A stretch of DNA of 64,000 bases from Acidobacteriota bacterium. GTDB taxonomy: Bacteria; Actinomycetota; Acidimicrobiia; Spongiisociales; ZC4RG35. The stretch lies in assembly GCA_022573225.1 (NCBI GenBank), contig JACZUI010000001.1, forward strand, positions 48,883-112,882. Reading direction: 5' to 3'. Both the position numbers and the translations under genes were made by a program. Shown here piece after piece: positions 19,097-29,394 of the stretch. Under the pieces are notes generated by a model. The model worked only from the letters and a program-made list of their open reading frames with translations. It was not told the DNA's origin and did not search any database. Position 1 is the first letter of the stretch; each line of letters starts with the position of its first letter.

Positions 19097-20116
19097 TCAG
19101 CCGCCGATGTAACTCATCTCCACGGGCGCGCCGATTCGAACCGTCTGCGATGACCTGATCTCCGAGTAGCGGTCGTCACGGTCGGACCACACCCTGTCGA
19201 TGACCTCGCCCACATCGATGCCCGACCTGATCGCCCCCCTCAGGTCCTCGCCCTTCGAAGCGAACAGACAGGTATAGAGCGACCCCTCGGCGGAGACCCG
19301 AGCTCGGGTGCATGATCCGCAGAAGGGTTTGGTGACCGAGGCGATGACGCCGACCTCTCCGTCGCCATCGAGATAGCGGAACCGATTGGCAACTTCTCCG
19401 GGATAGTTGGGTGCAAGTGGCTCGACCGGGTGTATCTCGTGGATCATCTCGATGATCTCGCTCGCCGGAAGGACGTCGTCGAGGCGCCAGCCGTTGGTCG
19501 TTCCCACATCCATGTACTCGATGAATCTCACGATGTGCCCGGTTCCCTTGAAATGGGCCGCCATTTCGGGCACTGCGTGATCGTTGACACCTTTCTGGAC
19601 GACACAATTGATCTTGATTGGTCCCAATCCCGCCGACGCGGCCACCTCGATGGCATCGAGCACAGCCGATACCGGGAAGCCCACATCATTCATCTTCTGG
19701 AACGTCTTCTCATCAACGGCATCGAGGCTCACGGTCACACGGTTCAACCCGGCCGCGGCGAGGGATTCGGCCTTTCGGACGAGCAGAGAGCCGTTGGTGG
19801 TGAGAGTCAGGTCACGAACGCCCTCTATCCCGCTGATCATCGCGATCAGATCCTCGATACCCTTTCTCAGCAGGGGCTCCCCCCCTGTGATGCGGACCTT
19901 CTCGGCCCCCCGCTGCACGAACGCCGCAACGATCACTGCGATCTCCTCGAAGCTCAGCAGGTCGGTCCTGGGCAGAAACTCATGGTCCTTTCCAAAGAGC
20001 TCCTTGGGCATGCAATAGGTGCAACGAAAATTGCAGCGATCCGTGACGGAAACACGGAGATCGCGGATGGGGCGATCGAATCGGTCGGTTGGCGATGGCA
20101 TCAGTCCTCCCCACAA
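19097..20116 (-). CDS. moaA: GTP 3',8-cyclase MoaA (radical SAM)
   Basis: CNFRCTYCMP radical-SAM motif, C-terminal cluster cysteines CGSCTRARVSAEG, and a terminal GG. Confidence 0.9.
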   Translation of the reverse strand: MWGGLMPSPTDRFDRPIRDLRVSVTDRCNFRCTYCMPKELFGKDHEFLPRTDLLSFEEIAVIVAAFVQRGAEKVRITGGEPLLRKGIEDLIAMISGIEGVRDLTLTTNGSLLVRKAESLAAAGLNRVTVSLDAVDEKTFQKMNDVGFPVSAVLDAIEVAASAGLGPIKINCVVQKGVNDHAVPEMAAHFKGTGHIVRFIEYMDVGTTNGWRLDDVLPASEIIEMIHEIHPVEPLAPNYPGEVANRFRYLDGDGEVGVIASVTKPFCGSCTRARVSAEGSLYTCLFASKGEDLRGAIRSGIDVGEVIDRVWSDRDDRYSEIRSSQTVRIGAPVEMSYIGG

Positions 20117-20181
20117 TATTGCCTAAATCCAATCATCGGAACACCGACGCTCGGTTGGATCTGGGCCACCTCTCCACGACA

Positions 20182-20553
20182 ATGACGTCCATGGCCTTTT
20201 TCAAGCGGCGACACAGGGCGGAGCAGCTCAAGACTTTCGACGATTTCGCTGATGTGCTGAGCAGGGGGAAGCCGATACTCATCGACTTCTGGAAGTATGG
20301 GTGCAGCCCCTGCAGAGTCATGGACGGCATCATCGACGAGGTCTCCGAAGAGTTTCAGGAAGAGGCAATCGTCATCAAGGCCAGCCTCGAAGCGGTCCCT
20401 GACTTGTTCTACAAGTTCAAGATCAGGTCGACGCCGACCTTCGTTGTCCTCAACCCCTCCCCGGCCGGCATCCACCAGCGGTGGCGGCATTCCGGCCTTG
20501 TCAAGAAAGACGTGATCGTCGACACCCTCAGTCGGGCGGTCAGCGCGATCTGA
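20182..20553 (+). CDS. Thioredoxin-fold protein (CSPC active site)
   Basis: KPILIDFWKYGCSPCRVMDG and RSTPTFVV. Start chosen at the internal ATG at 20182. Confidence 0.65.
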   Translation: MTSMAFFKRRHRAEQLKTFDDFADVLSRGKPILIDFWKYGCSPCRVMDGIIDEVSEEFQEEAIVIKASLEAVPDLFYKFKIRSTPTFVVLNPSPAGIHQRWRHSGLVKKDVIVDTLSRAVSAI

Positions 20554-20562
20554 AGGAGAAGC

Positions 20563-21714
20563 TCAATCCGGCGTGCTGAGACTGGCCACGATCCAGGACC
20601 CCGCTCCGAGTGGCAGGACGATCAACGGAACGAGCCAACCCACGACGGGGAGAAACCACACCAAGCTCACCACCGCGGAGCCGGCGACGACGGCCCCGTA
20701 TGTCCCCAGGTTCGCTCTGAGGAGCCGGCCGAGCATAAGCACCGAGGGTGCCCCGGCCACCAGCGAGAAAGCCATGACCAGACCTGCCATGACTAGGGCA
20801 ACCGGAATCAGAACCGCCAGCAAAGGCAGCGATGCGGCTGCCGGAGCAAGGCCGACGATCAGCGCGCCGATCCCGATGATCAGGATTGGCGAGAAGATGA
20901 CAAGAGACCCGATGCCGTAGGAGCGAAGCGAATTAGACCTGGCTCGCTTTGCCGCATGCTCCGTTCTCTCCGGCCAACCGAATGCGACCAGGATTGAGGT
21001 AGCGGTGAGCGCGAGCGCAGCGAGAGCTCTCCCCAAGAGGCCAAGGGCGCGCACCCGAATGTTCGGGGCAAGTGGGGTCTTGTGTACCACCACGCCGCCG
21101 ACTTCGACCTGTTCGAGCCCGGTCGCAGACGACTCGGAGCGGTATGCCAGGTCGCCACCCACAGTCAGCGGGCCTGTGATCGTCAGGTGGGTGACAGTGA
21201 CGTCGACCTCGCCTTCCACCGAACCGGCGAGCTCGAGCTGGCGCTGAGTGGTGGTCATGTCGCCTTCGATGGTCCCGGCGAAAGAGGCGCCCAATGCCCA
21301 GATGAGGACGTCGCCTCCGATTTCCGCGTCCTCGGTGACGTCCAACCTCAAACTGGCGACGACCAGGTCCTTTCCCACCGACCCCGAGACTTCGACACTT
21401 GTTGCGCTCACCCGCAATGACTCACCGACTTCACCGCTGACCGAGACCCGTTGGGTCACAGCGAGGACGCTCCCGGTCACCACACCTTCGATGACGACCT
21501 CCTCCGCGGCGAAAGCGATGAGGTCGCCCTCGACCCTTCCCTCGATGACAACCCGGATGCCGGTGGCGTAGAGATCGTCGTCGACGACGACTTCTTCCCG
21601 GATCACGACGACATCTGAGGAAGCGGTTTCAGCCGCCAGGGCCGACTCGGCCGCGGCGGCAGCGAAAGCTAGGACCACAGCGACGAGCAAAAGCGCCATA
21701 GTGGTTTGTCTCAC
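20563..21714 (-). CDS. Secreted bactofilin-like (beta-helical repeat) domain fused to a polytopic membrane domain
   Basis: Signal peptide, then repeats of the type VIEGRVEGDLIAFAAEEVVIEGVVTGSVLAV..VSVSGEVGESL..VEVSGSVGKDLVV, then about 5 TM helices. It starts 15 nt downstream of nuoN (operon 2). Confidence 0.55.
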   Translation of the reverse strand: MRQTTMALLLVAVVLAFAAAAAESALAAETASSDVVVIREEVVVDDDLYATGIRVVIEGRVEGDLIAFAAEEVVIEGVVTGSVLAVTQRVSVSGEVGESLRVSATSVEVSGSVGKDLVVASLRLDVTEDAEIGGDVLIWALGASFAGTIEGDMTTTQRQLELAGSVEGEVDVTVTHLTITGPLTVGGDLAYRSESSATGLEQVEVGGVVVHKTPLAPNIRVRALGLLGRALAALALTATSILVAFGWPERTEHAAKRARSNSLRSYGIGSLVIFSPILIIGIGALIVGLAPAAASLPLLAVLIPVALVMAGLVMAFSLVAGAPSVLMLGRLLRANLGTYGAVVAGSAVVSLVWFLPVVGWLVPLIVLPLGAGSWIVASLSTPD

Positions 21715-21729
21715 GAATACGACAGACCA

Positions 21730-23190
21730 CTAGAGAGCAAGCGCATTGGCAGCCAGGTCGAGAAGCGACCCAGGGAAGATCCCCCAGGCAATCGTGGCCA
21801 CCACGGCGAGGCCGACAACCCAGCGGACGGTGGGCACCAGCGCCGGTGCCTCCTCCTCGGCCTCATCCATGTACATAGCCACGATGATGCGAAGGTAGAA
21901 GGCGAACGCAATCACCGATGCGAGAACGGCGACCACGACCAGCCATTCATATCCGCTGTTCCAGGCATCGGTGAACACACCGAACTTGGCGATGAATCCT
22001 GATGTCAATGGGAGCCCCGCCATGCCCAGCAGCAGCACGGTGAATGACCCCGCCAAACCGGGGCTTCGACGGGCAAGACCCCGATAGTCATCAATGGAGG
22101 AGCGAGCCCCGCTCGCCCCGCTGACAGCCACCACCACGGCAAATGCTCCCAGAAGCTGTACCGCATAGACGGCTAGATAGAACAGAATGCCCTGCGTTTC
22201 GCCCCCCACCACTCCGGTCATGATGAAGCCGGCGTGGGCAACACCCGAGTAGGCCAGCATTCTCCGGACGTCTCCCTGAACCAGCGCGAGAGTCGACCCG
22301 ACGAACATGGAGAGGGCGGCGAGGGCCGCCACGATAGGCAGCCAGATGCTGTCGAGGTCACCCAGAGCGGTGAGTAGAATCCTGGCCATGGCGGCGAATC
22401 CGGCAATCTTCGCCACTGCGGCCATGTACCCCACCACACCTGCCGGAGCGCCCTGATACACGTCTGGCGCCCACGAGTGGAAAGGCGCCGCTGAGACCTT
22501 GAACCCGAGTCCGGCAATGACCAAACCGATGCCGATGTAAATGACGGTGGGGCTGGTCACTATGAACTGGTCGAAGAAGGCCCGGATGTCCAGGATGGCG
22601 AGCTTCCCTGTACCGGCATAGATCAGGGCCACGCCGTACACGAAGAACGCTGAAGCGAACGAACCAAGGAGAAAGTACTTGATGGCCGCTTCATCCGACT
22701 CGGGACGTTCCCTGCTCATCCCTGCCAGCACGTAAAGGGCGATGGATCCCACCTCGAGTCCGAGGAACATCATCACCAGATTGTTCGAAGCCACCATGAT
22801 CGAAAAGCCGACGGTGGCCAGCATGATCAAAGCCAGCGCCTCGGCGCCGCGACGACCCAGACCCTCGATGTAACGCCAACCGGTGAGGACACCAAGAACG
22901 GTGGCGCCAAGCAAGGCGAATCTCGAAAAGACGGCAAACCCGTCCATCAGGATCATTCCTGAGAAGGCCACCAACCGCTCCGGGTCAGCGGCCAGCATCG
23001 CGTCCTCCACAGCCAGTTTCTGAAGTAGAGTGGCCCCGACGGCGAGAACCAGGGAGAAGGCTGTCACCAAACCGAGCACACGGGCGGCAGGTTTCCACTG
23101 GACCTCGACAAGGAGAACCACGGCTGCACCCAGAGCGAGAATCAGGTCGGGAGCAATTGCGATCCAAGAGACCTCGGGTGGGGTGATCAT
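21730..23190 (-). CDS. nuoN: NADH-quinone oxidoreductase subunit N (operon 2)
   Basis: 486-aa antiporter-like subunit with PFHSWAPDVYQGAPAGVVGY. Confidence 0.9.
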   Translation of the reverse strand: MITPPEVSWIAIAPDLILALGAAVVLLVEVQWKPAARVLGLVTAFSLVLAVGATLLQKLAVEDAMLAADPERLVAFSGMILMDGFAVFSRFALLGATVLGVLTGWRYIEGLGRRGAEALALIMLATVGFSIMVASNNLVMMFLGLEVGSIALYVLAGMSRERPESDEAAIKYFLLGSFASAFFVYGVALIYAGTGKLAILDIRAFFDQFIVTSPTVIYIGIGLVIAGLGFKVSAAPFHSWAPDVYQGAPAGVVGYMAAVAKIAGFAAMARILLTALGDLDSIWLPIVAALAALSMFVGSTLALVQGDVRRMLAYSGVAHAGFIMTGVVGGETQGILFYLAVYAVQLLGAFAVVVAVSGASGARSSIDDYRGLARRSPGLAGSFTVLLLGMAGLPLTSGFIAKFGVFTDAWNSGYEWLVVVAVLASVIAFAFYLRIIVAMYMDEAEEEAPALVPTVRWVVGLAVVATIAWGIFPGSLLDLAANALAL

Positions 23191-24719
23191 CAGCGATCCT
23201 CCCCGGCCAGATACACATCGGCCAGTCGGCCCGGCTCAGGCACTACGTAAGCGGTCTGATCTTCGATGTAGTCGAGAACCGCTTCAGTCGACGGCGAGAT
23301 CTTGTCTAGCAGTATCCCGGGGAAGAGGCCCAGGACAAGTACCAAGGCCACTATCGGCGCCAGCAAACTGATCTCCCGAGCAGACAGGTCGGACAGTGCC
23401 TTGTTCTCCTCCTTGTCGGGAACCCCGGTGAACACCCGCTCGTAGGCCCACAGCAAGTAGATGGCGGCGAGAATCACGCCGCCCGCGGCGACCACCGTCA
23501 GCGCCGGCAATGTCGTGTAGCTGCCGATGAGGATCAGAAATTCGCCGACGAAACCGTTGAGACCCGGTAGTCCGATCGAGGCGAAGATCATGAAAAGGAA
23601 GAAGCCGGCGTAGATGGGCATGACTTTCTGGAGGCCGCCAAAGTCCTCGATCTTCTTGGTATGACGACGCTCGTAGATCATGCCCACCAGGAGGAAGAGC
23701 GCCCCGGTTGTCAGCCCGTGGTTCACATTCTGAATGACCGCACCCTGAAGACCACCGGAAGTGAGGGCGAACGTTCCGAGGACGATGAAGCCGAGATGGC
23801 TCACCGACGTGTAGGCAACCAGCTTCTTCAGGTCAGGTTGGACGATGGCCACCACCGCCCCATAGATGATCCCGACGACAGCGAGGGTCCCCATGATGGG
23901 CACGGCCTCCACCGAGGCTTCGGGAAAGAGTGCCAGGTTGAACCGCAGCAGCCCGTACGTTCCCAGTTTCAGCAGCACGCCGGCCAGCAGCACGGAACCT
24001 GCGGTTGGGGCCTCCACATGAGCGTCGGGAAGCCAGGTATGGAAAGGAAACAGCGGCACCTTGATCGCAAAGGCCAGAGCGAACGAAGCGAACAGCCACC
24101 TCTCCGACCCGGGCGACAGATCGACGCTGGCCAGATCCCCGAAGGCAAAGGAAGGCGAGCCGAACTGTGATGAGTAGCTGACCGCCAGGGCGATGATGCC
24201 GCCCAACATGAGCGCCGACCCCAGGGCGGTGTAGATGAAGAACTTCACCGCCGCATAGACCCGCCGCTCGCCACCCCAGATCCCGATAATGAAGTACATC
24301 GGAATCAGAATCGCCTCGAAGAAGACGAAGAACAGAAAGAGGTCGAGAGCGAGGAAAACGCCGATCATTCCCGCCTCGAGGAGGAGGATGTAAACCACGA
24401 ACTCCTTCGTCTTGGTCTTGATCGATGTCGAAGCGGCAAGGGCGATCGGCACTAGGAACGTTGTCAGGACCACCATCGGAAGGGAGATCCCGTCGATCCC
24501 CAGGAACCAATTGATCCCCCACGGCTCGTACCACGACACCAACTCGACTAGTTGAAAGCCCGGGGCCGGCTCGAAAATCCAGAAAACGTACCCGGCAAGA
24601 GCCAGCGGCAGGACCGAAAGGGCGATCCCGAGGGGAAGATGAAGCTCTTGGCGGCGCGCCGGCACCACCATCATCACGACGGCCGCTGCAACCGGAAGAA
24701 GGATCAGCGCGGTCAGCAT
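23190..24719 (-). CDS. nuoM: NADH-quinone oxidoreductase subunit M (operon 2)
   Basis: 509 aa with FPFHTWLPDAHVEAPTAGSVLLAGVLLKLG. Confidence 0.9.
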   Translation of the reverse strand: MLTALILLPVAAAVVMMVVPARRQELHLPLGIALSVLPLALAGYVFWIFEPAPGFQLVELVSWYEPWGINWFLGIDGISLPMVVLTTFLVPIALAASTSIKTKTKEFVVYILLLEAGMIGVFLALDLFLFFVFFEAILIPMYFIIGIWGGERRVYAAVKFFIYTALGSALMLGGIIALAVSYSSQFGSPSFAFGDLASVDLSPGSERWLFASFALAFAIKVPLFPFHTWLPDAHVEAPTAGSVLLAGVLLKLGTYGLLRFNLALFPEASVEAVPIMGTLAVVGIIYGAVVAIVQPDLKKLVAYTSVSHLGFIVLGTFALTSGGLQGAVIQNVNHGLTTGALFLLVGMIYERRHTKKIEDFGGLQKVMPIYAGFFLFMIFASIGLPGLNGFVGEFLILIGSYTTLPALTVVAAGGVILAAIYLLWAYERVFTGVPDKEENKALSDLSAREISLLAPIVALVLVLGLFPGILLDKISPSTEAVLDYIEDQTAYVVPEPGRLADVYLAGEDR

Positions 24720-24726
24720 CGGAAAC

Positions 24727-26628
24727 TCACCGGCCCACCACCAACCAAATCACGATGACCAAGGCTCCGCCAAGGAACAGGACTCCGTAGTTGCGCACAT
24801 ACCCGGTCTGGAGGGAACGGGCCAGCTCGCCAAGACGACGCACCGCCGAGCCGACACCGTTGACGGCACCGTCGATTATGGCCAGGTCGACTCCGAACGC
24901 AGCCACCTCGGCTGCCTTCTTGCCTGGAGCGACGATCGCGGCTCCATAGAGATCGTCCACCCGGTACGCCTGTTCCCAGGTGCCCCAGAGAGGCTCGAAG
25001 CCATCCTCGAAGTCGAGCCATCGCTGTTTCGGCCGGTTATAGGAGACGTACCCGAAACCGCCGCCGACGAGGCTGGCCATCACGGAAAGGCCCGCGAGCA
25101 CAGCAAACATCGCTAACCCCTCAGGGGGATTCTGGAGTGTGACGTACTCGAAACTGGGCTCGAGGAAGCGTTCCAGGCGGAGTGCGAAGGGTGTGTTGAG
25201 CAGGCCCCCCACCACCGACAAGCCGGCCAGGATGATGAGAGGGATCGTCATTACCCGGGGAGCCTCATGGGGCGAGGTGTCCTGGCTCCACCGCGGCTCA
25301 CCAAGAAAGACAAGGACCCACTGACGGGCCATGTAGAAGGCCGTGATCAAGGCGGTGACCAGCCCGACAATCCAGAGAGCCGAGAACCACCCGCCTCGGG
25401 CAAACACCGAACCGAGGATCTCGTCCTTCGACCAGAATCCTGCAAGCGGCGGTATCCCGGCAATCGCCAGGGTTCCGACACCCATGGTGATCGCTGTGGT
25501 CGGCATTTTCTTGAGGAGACCACCCATTTTGTGCATGTCCTGTTCGTCGCTCATCGCGTGGATGACCGAGCCAGCACCCAGGAACAGGAGTGCCTTGAAG
25601 AAGGCGTGAGTCATCAGATGGAAGACTCCCGCCACATACGCGCCGGCGCCCACGGCGAGAAACATGTAGCCCAGCTGCGAAATGGTGGAGTAAGCGAGAA
25701 CCTTCTTGATGTCCCGCTGGGCAAGGGCGATGGTCGCCGCCCAGAGCGCGGTGATGGCTCCGACTGTGGCCACGGTGGTTGACGCGATCGGTGCGATCTC
25801 GAAGATCGCACTCGACCTAGCTATGAGATAGACGCCCGCCGTAACCATGGTGGCGGCATGGATCAGCGCCGAGACCGGCGTTGGGCCCTCCATCGCGTCG
25901 GGCAGCCACACATATAGCGGAACCTGGGCCGACTTTCCGGCCGCCCCAACCAGCATCAGGAGGCCGATCGCCGTCGCCATCCCGACACCCAGGACTTCAT
26001 CGGCTCTCTCAAAGATCCCGGCATAGGAAAGGGTGCCGAACGAAGCGAACACGAGCATCAGGGCGATCATGAACCCGAAGTCGCCGATCCGGTTGACGAC
26101 GAAGGCCTTCTTGGCGGCAGCCGCGGCGGACGGGCGGGTGAACCAGAAGCCGATCAACAGGTACGAACTGAGACCGACCAACTCCCACCCCAGAAATAGC
26201 ATGGCGTAGTTGCCGGCGAGAACCAGCGTCAGCATCGAAGCCATGAAAAGGTTGAGGCTCGTGAAGAATCGGTCGAAGCGGTCGTCGCCATGCATGTATC
26301 CGATGGCGAAGAAATGGATCAGAGATCCGACACCGGTCACGACCAGGACCATCAGCGCTGCAAGCGGATCCCAGAGCAGTTCGAGGTTGGCCCCGATGGC
26401 CGGCATCCATTCCCACAACAACACCGTGGTGGAGTGCTCGCCGCCCTGGATGAACGGCCACGCCGCGACCAGAGCGAAGACAAACGCGGAAGTGCTTGCC
26501 AGGGAGGCCAGCCAGCCACTCAGCGGCTCCCCGACAAAACGTCCCAGGAAGTGGAGCAGCACGGCCCCGGCCAACGGCAGGGCAATGATCAACCAGAGGA
26601 AGTCGGTCACGCGGCGAGATCCCTCCAT
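24727..26628 (-). CDS. nuoL: NADH-quinone oxidoreductase subunit L (operon 2)
   Basis: 633 aa with GWELVGLSSYLLIGFW and PLYVWLPDAMEGPTPVSALIHAATMVTAG. An alternative GTG start at 26613 is possible. Confidence 0.9.
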   Translation of the reverse strand: MEGSRRVTDFLWLIIALPLAGAVLLHFLGRFVGEPLSGWLASLASTSAFVFALVAAWPFIQGGEHSTTVLLWEWMPAIGANLELLWDPLAALMVLVVTGVGSLIHFFAIGYMHGDDRFDRFFTSLNLFMASMLTLVLAGNYAMLFLGWELVGLSSYLLIGFWFTRPSAAAAAKKAFVVNRIGDFGFMIALMLVFASFGTLSYAGIFERADEVLGVGMATAIGLLMLVGAAGKSAQVPLYVWLPDAMEGPTPVSALIHAATMVTAGVYLIARSSAIFEIAPIASTTVATVGAITALWAATIALAQRDIKKVLAYSTISQLGYMFLAVGAGAYVAGVFHLMTHAFFKALLFLGAGSVIHAMSDEQDMHKMGGLLKKMPTTAITMGVGTLAIAGIPPLAGFWSKDEILGSVFARGGWFSALWIVGLVTALITAFYMARQWVLVFLGEPRWSQDTSPHEAPRVMTIPLIILAGLSVVGGLLNTPFALRLERFLEPSFEYVTLQNPPEGLAMFAVLAGLSVMASLVGGGFGYVSYNRPKQRWLDFEDGFEPLWGTWEQAYRVDDLYGAAIVAPGKKAAEVAAFGVDLAIIDGAVNGVGSAVRRLGELARSLQTGYVRNYGVLFLGGALVIVIWLVVGR

Positions 26629-26754
26629 TCATGACCCAAGGAGCACGCGGACCCGGTCGACCGGCGTCTGTTCGGCCCGGGGTGTGAGAGGAGAAACGCG
26701 GCGACCTTCGGAGCAGCGAGGGTTGCCGAGGGCCGAAGTCGGCCGGCAATCAAG

Positions 26755-26809
26755 GGAGTCTGCTGAATAATGCCGTTGGGTGAGTGACACGCATTGTTCA
26801 GCGGGCTCC
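26755..26809. repeat. Short form (55 bp hairpin) of the MITE/REP-like element, copy D, inside the nuo operon
   Basis: GGAGTCTGCTGAATAATGCCGTTGG / GTGAGTGACACGCATTGTTCAGCGGGCTCC is the two termini of the long form joined, in reverse orientation. It lies 3 nt downstream of the nuoK stop. Confidence 0.8.
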
Positions 26810-26812
26810 TAG

Positions 26813-27118
26813 TCATCCTCGCAGCTCGCTCAACTCGTCGATCGACGCGGTGGAACGCCGACGGAAGATGGCAACGATGATGGCCAACCCCACCACTACT
26901 TCAGCCGCAGCGACAACGAGGATGAAAAAAACCGCTACCTGACCATTCAGGTCGTTGAGGGCCCGACCGGCTGAGATCAGCGTCAGGTTGACCGCGTTGA
27001 GCATCAGTTCGATGCACATGAACATGACGAGGACGTTCCGTCGGAGAAGCATCCCGAGCGCACCAATCACGAAGAGCGCGGCGGCGAGCGCCATGTAGTA
27101 CCCGGCGGAAACAATCAC
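26813..27118 (-). CDS. nuoK: NADH-quinone oxidoreductase subunit K (operon 2)
   Basis: Start moved to the GTG at 27118 (GTGA overlap with the nuoJ stop), giving 101 aa with [13 protein letters not shown] and [11 protein letters not shown]. Confidence 0.9.
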   Translation of the reverse strand: MIVSAGYYMALAAALFVIGALGMLLRRNVLVMFMCIELMLNAVNLTLISAGRALNDLNGQVAVFFILVVAAAEVVVGLAIIVAIFRRRSTASIDELSELRG

Positions 27119-27636
27119 GTTCGTTGTCCCTTGAAGTGGGCGAGAGCGATCGCACCCGCAGCCGAGATCGTCAGCAGGAGCGCCGTCGCCTCGAATGCCA
27201 GGACCCAATCGGTGAAGAGCGGTTCTGCAATGGCCTGAATCGTCCCATTGGTGGCTTCCGGAATGGTTTCGACCGCGGCGGGCACCCAATCGAAGTTGCC
27301 ACTCAGCGTGATCCCGGCGGCGAGAAGGACGATGACGCCCGCCAAGATGCCGACCCAGAACCGTTGCATCGGGAGTCGCTCGTCTCTGTCGTCGGACGTG
27401 TCGACACCTATGAACATGATGACGAAGAGAAACAGCGTCATTACCGCACCGGCGTAAACGATCACCTGAACTGCGGCTACGAAATGCGCGAGCTGGGCCA
27501 CATACAGAACCGCCACCGAGAACAACGTCCCCAAAAGGCCCATCGCCGAATACACCGGGTTTCTCGCCACGACCACGGTCACGGCGCCGGCGAGGGCAGT
27601 CACCGCCATGAGCACGAAGAGAATTCCCTCAACCAT
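27115..27636 (-). CDS. nuoJ: NADH-quinone oxidoreductase subunit J (operon 2)
   Basis: Start at the ATG at 27636 ([12 protein letters not shown]...), 173 aa, with [17 protein letters not shown]. Confidence 0.85.
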   Translation of the reverse strand: MVEGILFVLMAVTALAGAVTVVVARNPVYSAMGLLGTLFSVAVLYVAQLAHFVAAVQVIVYAGAVMTLFLFVIMFIGVDTSDDRDERLPMQRFWVGILAGVIVLLAAGITLSGNFDWVPAAVETIPEATNGTIQAIAEPLFTDWVLAFEATALLLTISAAGAIALAHFKGQRT

Positions 27637-28285
27637 CGCCGTCCTCCTCCGATGTCCGCGAGTCACGCACATCCTGGGTCGGTTCCGGATCCCAGTTTCC
27701 CGGACCGGGAGTTCCCCTCCACATCTCGACGCCCTCGTAGGCGGCAACACCTGACGGCGAGGTCGCCTTGAGCCAACCATCCGCGGTATCGAGCTCTCCC
27801 AGATCGGCAAGCTCGTCTTCCGGGAACATGTGCGGAACCTTGCCGACAGGATCCATCAGCAGAGTCTCTCTGGTGTAGATCGCATCCTCGCGATTCGTCG
27901 TGGACATCTCGAAGAGAGAAGTCATGGTGATGGCCTCGGTCGGACAGGCCTCCACACACAACCCGCAGAAGATGCACCTCAACATGTTGATCTCGTATAC
28001 GAATCCGAAGCGCTCGCCAGGCGAGGTGGGATTCGCGGGATCGTTGTCCTGTCCGCGCACGTAGATGCACTTGGCCGGACAAGCGCCCGCGCACAGCTCA
28101 CAACCGATGCACTTCTCCATGCCGTCCGGGTAACGATTGAGAACGTGTCGCCCGTGGAATCGCTGCGGCTTCTCCCTCATCTCTTGGGGGTACCTGGTCG
28201 TGACCAACTCCGAGCCTGTGATGGTCCCGATCATGATTCGGCCGGTGACCCGCAGGCCCTTGAATAGTTCTCTCAATACGCCCAC
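27629..28285 (-). CDS. nuoI: NADH-quinone oxidoreductase subunit I (operon 2), with C-terminal extension
   Basis: GTG start at 28285, 2 nt after the nuoH stop. 4Fe-4S motifs [12 protein letters not shown] and [12 protein letters not shown]. About 70 extra acidic/Gly-Pro-rich C-terminal residues. Confidence 0.9.
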   Translation of the reverse strand: MGVLRELFKGLRVTGRIMIGTITGSELVTTRYPQEMREKPQRFHGRHVLNRYPDGMEKCIGCELCAGACPAKCIYVRGQDNDPANPTSPGERFGFVYEINMLRCIFCGLCVEACPTEAITMTSLFEMSTTNREDAIYTRETLLMDPVGKVPHMFPEDELADLGELDTADGWLKATSPSGVAAYEGVEMWRGTPGPGNWDPEPTQDVRDSRTSEEDGDG

Positions 28286-28287
28286 GA

Positions 28288-29394
28288 CTAACTCCAGGGT
28301 GGCCCGAATTGGCGGAAACTGATAACCAGCGTCGAAACGATCAACCATCCCAGGGCACCGGGGATCAGTCGCTTCCAGCCAAGCTGCATCAACTGGTCGT
28401 ACCTGAGACGCGGCAGAGTTGCCCTGAGCCAGAAGAAGAGGAACACCAGGAAGTAGGTCTTCGCCAGAAAGTAGATCGTGGGCAAGACAGCTGACACAAA
28501 CCCGGGTAGGACGCCATCAAACGTCGGACCGTTCCACCCCCCCAGGAAAAGGGTGGCTGCGATGGCCGACATCGAGAAGATGTTGATGTACTCGGCGAGG
28601 AAGAACATCGCGAATCTTATCCCGGAGTACTCGGTATGGAACCCGCCGACAATTTCCTGTTCGGCTTCAACGAGGTCGAACGGCGCCCGGTTGGTCTCGG
28701 CCACGATGGCGATGAAGAAAATCACGAAGGCCACGATCTGTGGGAACACATTCCATCGAGGGACGAACTGGAGCACGGGTTGGAGGGCGGGGGATAGATC
28801 ACCCCAGGTCCCGGACTGTCTCTCGACGATCTCGGCAAGGGAAAGGGTGCCGCCATCGCCCTGAGTCGCGCTGAACATGACCACCGCCACCATGGCGAGG
28901 CCCATCGCCGCCTCGTAGGAAATCGCCTGCGCCGTGGCCCGGACTCCCCCGATCAGCGGATACGTGGATCCGGATGACCAGCCGGCGAGGATAACGGCAT
29001 ACACCGCCATCGACGACATCGCCAGGATGAAGAGCAGCCCGACATTCAAGTCTGCCCCCTGGAGTGTCACTTCGTGGTCTCCGATCATGAATGGACGCCC
29101 CCACGGAACCATCATGAAGATGAGGAATGCGGGGATGACAGCCAGGAATGGGGCGAGGACGTACATGCCCAGTTCGACTTTGCGCGGTGTGATCGACTCC
29201 TTGAAGAAGAGCTTCATGCCGTCTGCAAGAGTCTGGAGGATCCCGTACGGCCCGGCGCGGCTCGGGCCGATCCGACTCTGCATCTTGGCAAGGATCTTCC
29301 TCTCGGCCCACACATTGAGAATCGTGACCACCAGAAGAAGCCCGAAAGTCAGAATCACCCTGAGCACGACGATCCAGAACTCCGGCCAGCTCAT
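28288..29394 (-). CDS. nuoH: NADH-quinone oxidoreductase subunit H (operon 2)
   Basis: 368 aa with [32 protein letters not shown]. Confidence 0.9.
   Translation of the reverse strand: MSWPEFWIVVLRVILTFGLLLVVTILNVWAERKILAKMQSRIGPSRAGPYGILQTLADGMKLFFKESITPRKVELGMYVLAPFLAVIPAFLIFMMVPWGRPFMIGDHEVTLQGADLNVGLLFILAMSSMAVYAVILAGWSSGSTYPLIGGVRATAQAISYEAAMGLAMVAVVMFSATQGDGGTLSLAEIVERQSGTWGDLSPALQPVLQFVPRWNVFPQIVAFVIFFIAIVAETNRAPFDLVEAEQEIVGGFHTEYSGIRFAMFFLAEYINIFSMSAIAATLFLGGWNGPTFDGVLPGFVSAVLPTIYFLAKTYFLVFLFFWLRATLPRLRYDQLMQLGWKRLIPGALGWLIVSTLVISFRQFGPPWS

Noticed and set aside
26607-26816. 69-aa ORF spanning the nuoK-nuoL spacer, and the similar ORF at 52602-52955
   Set aside because: The shared peptide (SPLNNACH...) merely reflects translation through copies of the repeat element. 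There is no RBS and no independent coding signal.
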